DNA of 64,000 nt. Origin: a virus. Taxonomy: Duplodnaviria; Caudoviricetes. Numbering within the stretch: the stretch's first letter is position 1; each line of letters opens with the position of its first letter. The DNA lies in IMG/VR virus record IMGVR_UViG_3300017989_000087, positions 1-64,000 of that record, one strand, 5' to 3'. The position numbers were made by a program, and so were the translations under genes. This document shows, in pieces, positions 47,845 through 56,801 of this stretch. Under the pieces are notes generated by a model. It did not search any database and had not been told where the DNA came from. It saw only the letters and a list, made by a program, of their open reading frames with translations.

Positions 47845-50800
47845 CTAATCAAAATCGAATGTTTTTCTTTCTTCAAACTCTTTTGTTTTTCCTTCATTCC
47901 ATTGGGATACTGGTCTGAGATATCCAACTACACGAGAATATACCTCACATCTCTCGCCACACATTGGACATTCGCTGAATTGACCAGAAAGATATCCGTG
48001 GTTTGGACAAGCCGAGAAGGTTGGTGTTATAGTGAAGTATGGCATCTTAAATGAATTAGTTATCTTTCCAACCATGTTTTTTAGAGAATCTACATTTGGG
48101 TGCTCATCTTGAAGGAATATATGGAATACTGTTCCACCAGTATATTTTGATTGGATATCATCTTGCAGGGTCATGGCCTTGAATAAGTTGTTTGTATAAT
48201 TAACTGGTAATTGTGTCGAATTGGTGTAGTATGGAACTTCATCAGTTCCAGCGGTAATGATATCCGGGTATTTATGCTTATCTATTCTCGCCAATCTATA
48301 TGAACATCCTTCTGCTGGTGTTGCTTCAAGATTAAACAAATGACCTGTTTCCTCTTGATAATCTATCATCCTTTCATTCATATGATCTAATACATTCAAC
48401 GTAAAATCAACCCCATCTTTCATAAACATATTTGAATCCATGAAATTTTCAAGGCACTCATTCATCCCAACCAAACCAATGGTTGAAAAATGATTGGCCC
48501 AATATTTCCCATGTCTTGATTTTACATCTCTAAGAAATATAGAAGAATATGGATATAACCCATTCTCAGAATAATTCTCTATTATATTTCTTTTTATTAT
48601 TAATGCATTTTTTGCAAGATCCATTAACGAATCTAATCTCTCATAGAAATCAGAATCGTCCTTGGATACATACCCAAGTTTTGGCATATTGATTGTAACA
48701 ACACCTATGCTACCTGTCAATGGGTTAGCACCAAAAAGACCCCCGCCTCTCTTAATCAATTCTTTTTTATTTAGGCGCAGCCGACAACACATTGATCTAA
48801 CATCATCTGGACTCATATCCGAATTAACAAAATTAGAAAAATATGGTATGCCATATTTAGATGTCATTTCCCATAGAGGATAATAATTTTCATTGTCCCA
48901 ATCGAAATCTTTTGTTATGTTTAGAGTTGGGATCGGAAATGAAAACGGATTTCCTCTTCCATCGCCCTCATTCATAACTTCACCAAAAGCACGATTAAAC
49001 ATATCGGCTTCATCAGCAAAATCACCATAGGTATCTTCCATATATTCCCCGCCTATGATAACTGGTTCATTTTCCATATAACTTGGTGTTTTTAAACTTA
49101 GAGTAAAATTTTCAAATGGTGATTGAAACCCGGTTCTAGTGGGGACATTGAGATTGAAAACAAATTCTTGCATTGCTTGTTTTAGTTCATCATAGCTTAT
49201 ATTATCATAACTAATAAATGGTGCAAGATACGCATCAACATCAGAAAAAGCCTGTGCTCCAGCGGATTCTCCTTGGAGGGTGTAAAGGAAGTTAACAACT
49301 TGGCCCATAGCGACCTTTAGATGTTTGGGCGGTTTACAATTTACTTTTCCCGAAACTCCATTAAATCCATGATCCAAAAGATCTCTCATATCCCATCCGA
49401 CACAGTTGCCAGATATAACAACCTTTCCATTTCTTTCAACAATTAATGTTCCGTTTGGAACAGATAGATCATATACTATACCATTGTATTTTACTATTTT
49501 TTTCTCTTTTCTGAATATTGGTGTTAGTTGTGAGTTTTGAACATACACCACATATACATTTTCTCTTTTGCCTATGGTTCCGCACTTACCAATCTTTAAT
49601 AAACACTCAACAACATCTTCTGCCAATCTTTTTGAGGCAGTAGTGTATTTTGTCATATTTCCATCTTTGAAAGAACCATCGCCTTTAAATAAAGCCATAA
49701 GAAATATTCTAATTTTTTCACTAGTCATATTTTTTATGTTATCGGGTATATATTTTGTCTTGCTTATTCCAAATTTTTTGAGATAATGATAAACTTCTTT
49801 TGAACAAAATTGAATATTATATTCTCCACAACTAGGAGAAAACCCCATATCCCTTACAATATCTATTACCTCATTTCTATATTTCATCTGAGCAATAGAT
49901 ATTATATAATCAGAAGAAGTTCTATCTTTTCTATTATTTTTCCATGCAGATCCTTCTGATATCCACCAACCCATAAACTTTAAATATAAGTCGGTTGGGA
50001 TTCGGACATGTCTTAATCTATTTCCCCCATTAATTTTTGGAAATGAAAACATAGGATCTGGTTCATTTCCACTCCAATTTACCCGCTTCAAAAATTCTGA
50101 GGATTTATCTAATTTTTCTGCAGTTGTGAATTCCCAATTGTTAGACGATTTTCGTTTAACAAACATCCTATGTTCAGGCGTAACAAGTAAATCTATTCCT
50201 CTTCCATCTATATGATATAAACTGCCATCATATTTATATACTTGTTTATCATATGGTTTTTGATATTCCATGTTTCCGTTGTCTGTATTATATGTTGCTA
50301 CTTTGTCATTTAATGTCACATCTGAAAAAGGTTTAAATCCATCTATGCAAAGAACTCTGGTTTTGTCATCAAAACAATAAGCTCCTAGTGTCCCGAGATC
50401 ATGTATATGTATATTACCATCATGATTTGATTTTCTTATATCATCTGGATATATCTCTTCAAGCCAATAATTTGATACTACTCTTGATGAAAGATAGTTA
50501 TTCAACCCCTGAAGTGAATATGTCATATTTGAATTTTCTTTTACTCTCCAATCTTCCTTATTTATATAATCTTGAACTATTTCTGTATCATGAACAAGTT
50601 TTGATATATTTCTTGCCTTGGAATGTTGTTCTCTATAGAGTATATACTTTTTTGCGGTTCTATAAAAACCAACTCTCATCAATGAAGTTTCAACCCTGTC
50701 CTGTATTTCTTCAACCGTTGGTGCATGATCCAACCGTTCTAGTTGTTGCGTAACATTATTCCCTATTCTTTTTGCATCGTCATGTTCTCCTTCACCAGTT

Positions 50801-50889
50801 GTTAAAAAGGCTTTATTCAATGCCGATATTATTTTTTCCTTATCAAATTTTTGGAGACTACCATCTCTTTTTCTTATTCGTTTAAGCAT
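47845..50889 (-). CDS. nrdD: anaerobic (class III) ribonucleoside-triphosphate reductase with ATP cone and intein
   Basis: IRKRDG ATP cone; SMCCRL finger loop; CPNHGY..CPMCG; glycyl-radical YSRVVGYLRP. Confidence 0.95.
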   Translation of the reverse strand: MLKRIRKRDGSLQKFDKEKIISALNKAFLTTGEGEHDDAKRIGNNVTQQLERLDHAPTVEEIQDRVETSLMRVGFYRTAKKYILYREQHSKARNISKLVHDTEIVQDYINKEDWRVKENSNMTYSLQGLNNYLSSRVVSNYWLEEIYPDDIRKSNHDGNIHIHDLGTLGAYCFDDKTRVLCIDGFKPFSDVTLNDKVATYNTDNGNMEYQKPYDKQVYKYDGSLYHIDGRGIDLLVTPEHRMFVKRKSSNNWEFTTAEKLDKSSEFLKRVNWSGNEPDPMFSFPKINGGNRLRHVRIPTDLYLKFMGWWISEGSAWKNNRKDRTSSDYIISIAQMKYRNEVIDIVRDMGFSPSCGEYNIQFCSKEVYHYLKKFGISKTKYIPDNIKNMTSEKIRIFLMALFKGDGSFKDGNMTKYTTASKRLAEDVVECLLKIGKCGTIGKRENVYVVYVQNSQLTPIFRKEKKIVKYNGIVYDLSVPNGTLIVERNGKVVISGNCVGWDMRDLLDHGFNGVSGKVNCKPPKHLKVAMGQVVNFLYTLQGESAGAQAFSDVDAYLAPFISYDNISYDELKQAMQEFVFNLNVPTRTGFQSPFENFTLSLKTPSYMENEPVIIGGEYMEDTYGDFADEADMFNRAFGEVMNEGDGRGNPFSFPIPTLNITKDFDWDNENYYPLWEMTSKYGIPYFSNFVNSDMSPDDVRSMCCRLRLNKKELIKRGGGLFGANPLTGSIGVVTINMPKLGYVSKDDSDFYERLDSLMDLAKNALIIKRNIIENYSENGLYPYSSIFLRDVKSRHGKYWANHFSTIGLVGMNECLENFMDSNMFMKDGVDFTLNVLDHMNERMIDYQEETGHLFNLEATPAEGCSYRLARIDKHKYPDIITAGTDEVPYYTNSTQLPVNYTNNLFKAMTLQDDIQSKYTGGTVFHIFLQDEHPNVDSLKNMVGKITNSFKMPYFTITPTFSACPNHGYLSGQFSECPMCGERCEVYSRVVGYLRPVSQWNEGKTKEFEERKTFDFD
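49405..50376 (-). mobile_element. intein (324 aa) with LAGLIDADG homing endonuclease in nrdD
   Basis: Starts CFDDKT, block B VTPEHRMF, LAGLIDADG-like FMGWWISEG and LMALFKGDG, block F VYDLSV, ends SGN/C; removal restores GAY-CVGWD. Confidence 0.92.
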
Positions 50890-50919
50890 AAAATCACTAC
50901 TCACACTTAGTTGGATGAG

Positions 50920-50938
50920 ATATAAAAAACTTTCCCTA
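50920..50938 (-). promoter_or_regulatory. late-type BRE-TATA promoter in front of nrdD
   Basis: Minus strand TAGGGAAAGTTTTTTATAT. Confidence 0.7.
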
Positions 50939-51118
50939 ACCCTTTTTTAACCCTTCAATAAAGAAGGATGCCAACACTAACCAAGGCCAACATGGATACG
51001 CAAATATGTAACTATATTTGATCCAAAACAATCTTAATTTTCTATAAACTAGAGAGGTCCAATAGATGTCTTTGTATAGTTTATACTTCTTTTTCAACTT
51101 TCTTTTTAGTTTCAACAA
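50936..51118 (-). CDS. small membrane-associated protein
   Basis: Basic N-half, hydrophobic C-terminus. Confidence 0.5.
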   Translation of the reverse strand: MLKLKRKLKKKYKLYKDIYWTSLVYRKLRLFWIKYSYIFAYPCWPWLVLASFFIEGLKKG

Positions 51119-51124
51119 AACACC

Positions 51125-51352
51125 TTAATTAAAACTGGCATCCTGTGAAGATCCATCATACGTTGAATAATTATTTAACCAAGTGGCTATATCTTCTCTA
51201 AAATTCTCTGCATTGGATTTAACGGATGATATATCATCTTCCTCAATGCCACTAACAGCATCAGTATTTCCCTTTGCATAATGGATCATCTGTGCCAGTA
51301 TTTGTTCCAGTTTAACAAGATCAGATTTTGAGAATGCTATTGATACAGTCAT
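51125..51352 (-). CDS. hypothetical protein
   Basis: GGTGTGA RBS; 75 aa. Confidence 0.65.
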   Translation of the reverse strand: MTVSIAFSKSDLVKLEQILAQMIHYAKGNTDAVSGIEEDDISSVKSNAENFREDIATWLNNYSTYDGSSQDASFN

Positions 51353-51399
51353 TGTTTATCACACCATACTTAGTATTTTGTTACTTAAAAATATTCCCT

Positions 51400-51609
51400 T
51401 TATATTGTGGGCGGGGTTATGTTACCGCATCTGGTGCAATATTCTTCTAGCATAGCTGTTTTTTCATTTAATCTATAATTGTATCTACATCCGGTGTGAT
51501 AATCTGGATCGTGCATACAACAATAATCGAATCTATCATGCACCATTCTTTTACATCTTTTCTCATCGTGTGTTTCAGCATCTATTTCTTTATGTTTGCA
51601 TCTATTCAT
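51400..51609 (-). CDS. small Cys/His zinc-binding protein
   Basis: CKH...RCKR..YCCMH and CTRCG. Confidence 0.65.
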   Translation of the reverse strand: MNRCKHKEIDAETHDEKRCKRMVHDRFDYCCMHDPDYHTGCRYNYRLNEKTAMLEEYCTRCGNITPPTI

Positions 51610-51908
51610 TATTCTTCCTCCATTTCATATATCCACCATCTCTCTTCTGGCTTTCCAAAAAATTTTTCGTTTAACTCTTCCATCTTTCTCAGAGTTTCTG
51701 CATCAATCTCTTCATCGACTACCGAATCCAAATCATCATCGGGTGATATATCTCCTGACCATTCGCATTCGTCACAATAACAGTCGTATATTAGATTTGA
51801 TCTTTGCACACCATGAGAATCAATCCAATAATTTTCTGGGTATCCAGAATAGCATTCAACAATATCATTCATCTTCTTACCGCAATTCGGACAAAATTTT
51901 GGCTTCAT
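51609..51908 (-). CDS. zinc-ribbon protein
   Basis: FCPNCG...CYCDECEW. Confidence 0.7.
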   Translation of the reverse strand: MKPKFCPNCGKKMNDIVECYSGYPENYWIDSHGVQRSNLIYDCYCDECEWSGDISPDDDLDSVVDEEIDAETLRKMEELNEKFFGKPEERWWIYEMEEE

Positions 51909-51921
51909 TCAAAATCCTCCA

Positions 51922-52092
51922 TCAAATATATTCTGCGTCAGACATCAATTCTTTTTTTCTATTGATAATATCTACAACTCTTAGATATTCGTTGGTTATC
52001 AAAGACCGAATTATATCAGACTTTGTTCTTCCAACCAATAAAGACAGCTCTTCAAGTTGTTTGCTTTGTTCCTCAGTTAGTCTAACTCTCAT
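51922..52092 (-). CDS. ribbon-helix-helix (CopG-like) regulator (56 aa, not in ORF track)
   Basis: MRVRLTEEQSKQLEELSLLVGRTKSDIIRSLI is a classic RHH pattern; AGTGA RBS. Confidence 0.75.
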   Translation of the reverse strand: MRVRLTEEQSKQLEELSLLVGRTKSDIIRSLITNEYLRVVDIINRKKELMSDAEYI

Positions 52093-52237
52093 TTTTATCA
52101 CTTTTGTTGCGTTTACCCTACCCTAAACGATTCAAATATGCAATTTCGTGGATTTGTGTACCCAACAGGACTACGTTGGTGGATACGCACGTATACCCAA
52201 TTGACTACAAAAACCCCTATATGTGCCAGCACCCATT

Positions 52238-53098
52238 TTATTTTCCATATAATAGCTCATCCAATGCACAATTTGTCCATTTTCCTTTACCAGAATCAGT
52301 ATTAACTTCCGCAAGCACAACTTCAGCACCTTCTCTACTTAGATCATGCTTGGACTTTTCCAATTTCATTTTCAAATACACAACATCATCTTCTTCTTCC
52401 CGTGTAACATTTATTTTTTGGAACATCATATTTTCCATTCCGCTTAACCAATCTGGTTCCCAATGATCAAATACCAAATTCTTGTCTTTGAATGTTTTAA
52501 CTTCTTTGTAATGACCAATGAAATATCTATCACAATTCATATTCTTAAGTGGAACGACAACATTATAGAAATTCATATTTCTTCTTTCCCATTCCTTTAT
52601 GTCTATTTGGGTTTTTCCTGTAACATCCATTCCAAGATCTAACTTCATTTTATACATAGCCCAATTTTTTAATGTGCCAAGTCCATCAAGAACAACAGCC
52701 TTTACATTGTCAACATCATCTGATCTTATGTATGACACTATGGCTTTTAATCTATTGTAAGAAGATATGTGATCTACACTACCTGTTTCATCAAACTCAA
52801 TTGGAGAAACAACGATAATATTTTCATCATCACTCCAATACTCTTCCTTTATCGGAGCAGCACTATCATCCATGTCTATAACTATGACTTTCATTCCTTT
52901 CTTCTTTTCTTCTTCATTTCTACAATCCATACATGCCCCAGTTTTTCCAACACCGTCAAAACCATATAGCGCAGCACATACAGAGGAATGCTTTTCAGTC
53001 TCTTTAGACTTTTCAAAAATGTCTTTAGCCATTTCCTTTGTGAATATCTTTTTATTTTCATCCTTATCTTCTTTATTCAAAGAGTCCCATCCTGACAT
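52238..53098 (-). CDS. P-loop ATPase (Sak4/RecA-like recombination protein)
   Basis: LYGFDGVGKT, VIDMD, VVLDG. Confidence 0.75.
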   Translation of the reverse strand: MSGWDSLNKEDKDENKKIFTKEMAKDIFEKSKETEKHSSVCAALYGFDGVGKTGACMDCRNEEEKKKGMKVIVIDMDDSAAPIKEEYWSDDENIIVVSPIEFDETGSVDHISSYNRLKAIVSYIRSDDVDNVKAVVLDGLGTLKNWAMYKMKLDLGMDVTGKTQIDIKEWERRNMNFYNVVVPLKNMNCDRYFIGHYKEVKTFKDKNLVFDHWEPDWLSGMENMMFQKINVTREEEDDVVYLKMKLEKSKHDLSREGAEVVLAEVNTDSGKGKWTNCALDELLYGK

Positions 53099-53102
53099 AA
53101 TA

Positions 53103-53348
53103 TCACCTTATATAATCACTCTGCTTATTACTCATTTCCTTTTTATCTGTTTTTCTTACCCAAACAAATTCCCAAGTTTCTGTTTCATCATCATCCAACT
53201 GGTATGACCAAGTTAATCTAGCTTTGCACTTTGGACACCAGCCTTCAAATGATGCATAGTTTGTTCCCTTGGTCATTGATATGGTCTTTACATCAATGGC
53301 CTTGGTTCCACACTTGTAACATATGCTTTTAACCGGATCTTTTCTCAT
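53103..53348 (-). CDS. zinc-ribbon protein
   Basis: CYKCG...WCPKC. Confidence 0.65.
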   Translation of the reverse strand: MRKDPVKSICYKCGTKAIDVKTISMTKGTNYASFEGWCPKCKARLTWSYQLDDDETETWEFVWVRKTDKKEMSNKQSDYIR

Positions 53349-53386
53349 AGTAACACCTTGTTTTTGTCATTTAAAAATATTATCCT

Positions 53387-53650
53387 TCAATTGGTAAATA
53401 CAAAATCATCATCAGAATCGAAAGTCAAATCAATCTCTTCATATTTTGAAGTGTCGATATTTGTTCTTTCCCATTCACCAATTATTGTGGCACATTGAGA
53501 TAGACAAAGATTGCAATAGGGTCCAATCATGTATTTGCGTTTATTATTATTCCTAACGACAAACCATATCTCTGCAAGATCTTCTTCATTCATTTTTCTT
53601 CCGCATCTTTTACACTTAGTCATTTCTATCATCCAACAGCATTGCAACAA
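53387..53650 (-). CDS. zinc-finger protein
   Basis: CKRCG...YCNLC. Confidence 0.65.
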   Translation of the reverse strand: MLQCCWMIEMTKCKRCGRKMNEEDLAEIWFVVRNNNKRKYMIGPYCNLCLSQCATIIGEWERTNIDTSKYEEIDLTFDSDDDFVFTN

Positions 53651-54341
53651 CTAATCCCATCATCACTCTATTCATGGAAACCATAGGAGATTCATTTTGA
53701 AATTGTTTGTGAATGTATGATATGTTTCCATTTATGAATGATTGTGCTATGTCATACATCAATTCTGGTTCCTTATTTAATTCATATGATTGAAAATGAA
53801 TTCCGAAAACTCTTTTATTATTTGCACCGATAACATATCCTTTTTCTTTTGCTCTTATACAAAAGTCTTTATCTTCTCCTTTTCCACCAGAATAAATATA
53901 ATTTTTAAATCCAACATCTTTTGCCTTTTTTACATCAACAAAAGTTAAGCCCATGCCACAACCCCATTTATGGAGCATGGTATAATCCCAATTGACCATA
54001 TTTAAATTTCTTCCACGAATTGCAATTGCTTTGTCATTCTTCTTGAATCCATCCAATATAGGTTCTGGATCTCTTATCAGTTCAACATCTGCATCAACAA
54101 ACAATATATAATCTGTTTCGGATGTTTCAAGAGCTATTTGTCTTGATACACCGACCCCACCTTGAATATTAGCAATGATTTCATCGGCAAGAGGTTCAAC
54201 ATATTTTAGCGTGTCATCCTCACTATTATCATCAATAACCTTTATTTTGTTTGCACTCTTACAAAATCTTTTTATAGATTTTAAACATGAAGATATGCAA
54301 AGTTCCTCATCATGTGTTAAAACGTAAACGTCATATTTCAT
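53616..54341 (-). CDS. glycosyltransferase family 2
   Basis: VIDDNSEDDT, SRQIAL, ILFVDAD (DxD), GEDKDF. Confidence 0.88.
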   Translation of the reverse strand: MKYDVYVLTHDEELCISSCLKSIKRFCKSANKIKVIDDNSEDDTLKYVEPLADEIIANIQGGVGVSRQIALETSETDYILFVDADVELIRDPEPILDGFKKNDKAIAIRGRNLNMVNWDYTMLHKWGCGMGLTFVDVKKAKDVGFKNYIYSGGKGEDKDFCIRAKEKGYVIGANNKRVFGIHFQSYELNKEPELMYDIAQSFINGNISYIHKQFQNESPMVSMNRVMMGLVVAMLLDDRND

Positions 54342-54374
54342 ACAAACACCAAAAAAAATAAAGAAAGAGAAAGT

Positions 54375-55448
54375 TTAGTCCCCTTCATCAACTTCCTCTT
54401 CTTCGGAATATTCATCTTCTGGCGGTTCTGTGTGTTGGGGAATTGGATAGATACCATCAGCACTTATGTTGTAATACATATTGCCTTGGTATTCAGACTT
54501 CTTTGCTTTGCCAGTAACAACAAGCAATGTACCCGGACCAAAATTTACAAGATCCGTCAGATGGTCATTTACCCACACGGTAACAGTTGTATCGGTTAAT
54601 GATTCATCATATATTGTTACTGGTATTGAACCCCTACTACTCTTAGAACCAACGGACAACACAGTTCCCATAGTAATGATGAAATACGTCCAATCATCAG
54701 AACACATTTGGGCAGCGTCATCCATTTCCTCAAGTTTATAGATATATTTGTCAAATATATTTGACTCCAGAATATCTATAATAGAAGGCATATCCTTCTT
54801 TCCAGACTTTCTGAATTTGGTTCTGTTGCTGTGGTTCAATTCCAATTCGCCAGCATCAGTCCTGACATTTGCTCTGAAAGAAACAGGTTCAAACAATGGG
54901 GGTTGCTCAAACTGAGCTACATCATCCCTTGTGTTTAGCCTGAATACTTCTGCCTTTCCATCTGGTCTTTTTGTAGCAACGCCATATTGGAATCTCTTAT
55001 ACTCAGGTCTTAGTTCCTTTCCCTTTCTGGGGTTAGGTCTTCCGTATTTCTTTTCTCTGGGATCTAGAACGACTGGATTTCCGTCATCGTCCACTTTCAC
55101 TAGTTCGTCTTTGATTGCTTGTGATGGATTTCTCTCATATGCAGCCAAAGCCTCTCTTCGTATATTCCATACACCATCTTTGAGTCCTCTGTCGCCAACA
55201 ACATATCCATCAAATGTTGGTGCATCAGACATCTCTTCGCCTCTTATTTGTGCCCTTAGATATCTTACTGTGCCTTCTAGGGCTTCTTGTTCATTTAACC
55301 CTCTGTCTGAACGCTTCTGCATTTCTCGTGTGACAATAACATCACACTCTTCATCAGTTGCATTCATAACTTCTTTCAGAGCAGTTCTTGCCTTGTCCAA
55401 ATCTCTTTGAAGTTCCTCTACACTTTTCTTTGCTTTAAACAAACCCAA
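54375..55448 (-). CDS. OB-fold ssDNA-binding (RPA-like) protein
   Basis: C-terminal OB pattern TIYDES..TVTVW...FGPGTLLVVTG.AK; acidic tail. Confidence 0.6.
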   Translation of the reverse strand: MGLFKAKKSVEELQRDLDKARTALKEVMNATDEECDVIVTREMQKRSDRGLNEQEALEGTVRYLRAQIRGEEMSDAPTFDGYVVGDRGLKDGVWNIRREALAAYERNPSQAIKDELVKVDDDGNPVVLDPREKKYGRPNPRKGKELRPEYKRFQYGVATKRPDGKAEVFRLNTRDDVAQFEQPPLFEPVSFRANVRTDAGELELNHSNRTKFRKSGKKDMPSIIDILESNIFDKYIYKLEEMDDAAQMCSDDWTYFIITMGTVLSVGSKSSRGSIPVTIYDESLTDTTVTVWVNDHLTDLVNFGPGTLLVVTGKAKKSEYQGNMYYNISADGIYPIPQHTEPPEDEYSEEEEVDEGD

Positions 55449-55506
55449 CTCTATTCCTCCATTTATACAATACTATACATACATACTTTGGTGATTTAAA
55501 AATGTT

Positions 55507-55887
55507 TCACCACTTACGCAAAATTTTGTCTGATATGTTGTCTTTAGATTTTATCAGTTTTAAATGTATTCCTTTCTCAGAATCAAAAACTCCTTTGGTC
55601 ATTTCGAAAACACCTTTCAATGATTTCGACCTAACTTTCCAGTTTCCCATAAGTTGGTTATATGCCAAATTTGAGTCAATCCTCAGTTCCCACTCTTCGT
55701 TCATATGAGCACATATAAAGGAAAATATTCCCAAATACTCTGCAATATGCGAAGATGGTTTTTCAATACCAAAACCGTTTGCTTGAATTCCTTCAACATA
55801 TTCCTTTTTTGTATCTGTTTCAATCCAACCAAAGACAAACATATTTCTTTCTTCCTTGTATGAACCATCTGAATATCCTATTCTCAT
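55507..55887 (-). CDS. ribonuclease HI-like protein
   Basis: YSDGS, AEYLG, IDSNL..NQLMG.WKV, N..D motifs. Confidence 0.8.
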   Translation of the reverse strand: MRIGYSDGSYKEERNMFVFGWIETDTKKEYVEGIQANGFGIEKPSSHIAEYLGIFSFICAHMNEEWELRIDSNLAYNQLMGNWKVRSKSLKGVFEMTKGVFDSEKGIHLKLIKSKDNISDKILRKW

Positions 55888-56283
55888 TCATACCAGCCCA
55901 TGTCTATCTGCGAAATCGTCTATCTTCTTTAAACTTTCTTCACTTGGATGACTAACACCACTTATCCACTCAGAAAGAATTGAAGACGATATTCCCAGAT
56001 TTCTCGAAAAATTTTCTCTTGTTTTGTATTTTCTTATACCAAAACTTATTACGTCTTTTGTTCTTATTTTTGGTTCTCTATATGAAAAGAGGTAATCTCC
56101 TTTTTCTTTTTTTACCGTTACATCTTCGCATTTTTTTAATATTAATCTTGCTTTCTTGTTTGAAACGTATATTCTCTTGTATTCAGAACTGATCCATTTA
56201 GTTATATCATTAAGATATGCATTTGATCCAAGCTCTCTTAGTGCTAGTCTCACTAGTCTTGTTTCTGTCTTATTTAGTGCCAT
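55888..56283 (-). CDS. HTH transcription regulator (wHTH + Cro/XRE)
   Basis: TRENFSRNLGISSSILSEWISGVSHPS. Confidence 0.8.
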   Translation of the reverse strand: MALNKTETRLVRLALRELGSNAYLNDITKWISSEYKRIYVSNKKARLILKKCEDVTVKKEKGDYLFSYREPKIRTKDVISFGIRKYKTRENFSRNLGISSSILSEWISGVSHPSEESLKKIDDFADRHGLV

Positions 56284-56319
56284 GTTTCATTAAATTGTTT
56301 AACTAGCTTATAAATCTTT

Positions 56320-56583
56320 TCATATATCACCATTTCTTTTTATTGCATCATCTTCATGAGGATTTAATACTTTCCTTCTGTATTCTTCTTTAGCACAGTC
56401 CAACACTCTTATAGCATTAGACTTTGTTATCCAACCATCTTTTCCAAAAACTTCTTTTATCAATTTGTAGACTATGTATGTTGAATCTTCGGTTACGTGG
56501 TCTCTATTATATTTGAGAGAATCAACAAGTCTGCATATATCATAGTCATAGTCTTTTCTTCTTTCTTTTGATATATATGGCAT
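56320..56583 (-). CDS. conserved phage protein (MPYI... family)
   Basis: MPYISKERR...Y..Y...LDCAKEEYRRKVLNPHED.AIKRNGD. Confidence 0.65.
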   Translation of the reverse strand: MPYISKERRKDYDYDICRLVDSLKYNRDHVTEDSTYIVYKLIKEVFGKDGWITKSNAIRVLDCAKEEYRRKVLNPHEDDAIKRNGDI

Positions 56584-56584
56584 T

Positions 56585-56797
56585 TCAATCATACCCCATT
56601 TGCACAACCAATTTGTCATCCAGATGTACTTCATCCAGATGAGCATTTTCCAGAACATGTTTCAATTTTCTTGCTGCGTCATTGTTTGGACAAAAAAATG
56701 ATATCCAACCTTTCTCATCCAATGATGGTCTAGATTCCCAAACAATAACATCTACCTCAAAATAGGTCTTGCCCTTTTCTCTTCTAACAAAAACCAT
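56585..56797 (-). CDS. hypothetical protein
   Basis: AGTGA RBS; 70 aa. Confidence 0.6.
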   Translation of the reverse strand: MVFVRREKGKTYFEVDVIVWESRPSLDEKGWISFFCPNNDAARKLKHVLENAHLDEVHLDDKLVVQMGYD

Positions 56798-56801
56798 AAA
56801 A

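Noticed and set aside
52092-52236. Splicing of in-frame ATG 52236 onto the RHH gene
   Set aside because: Junction sequences are not complementary and form no BHB; the RHH has its own RBS.
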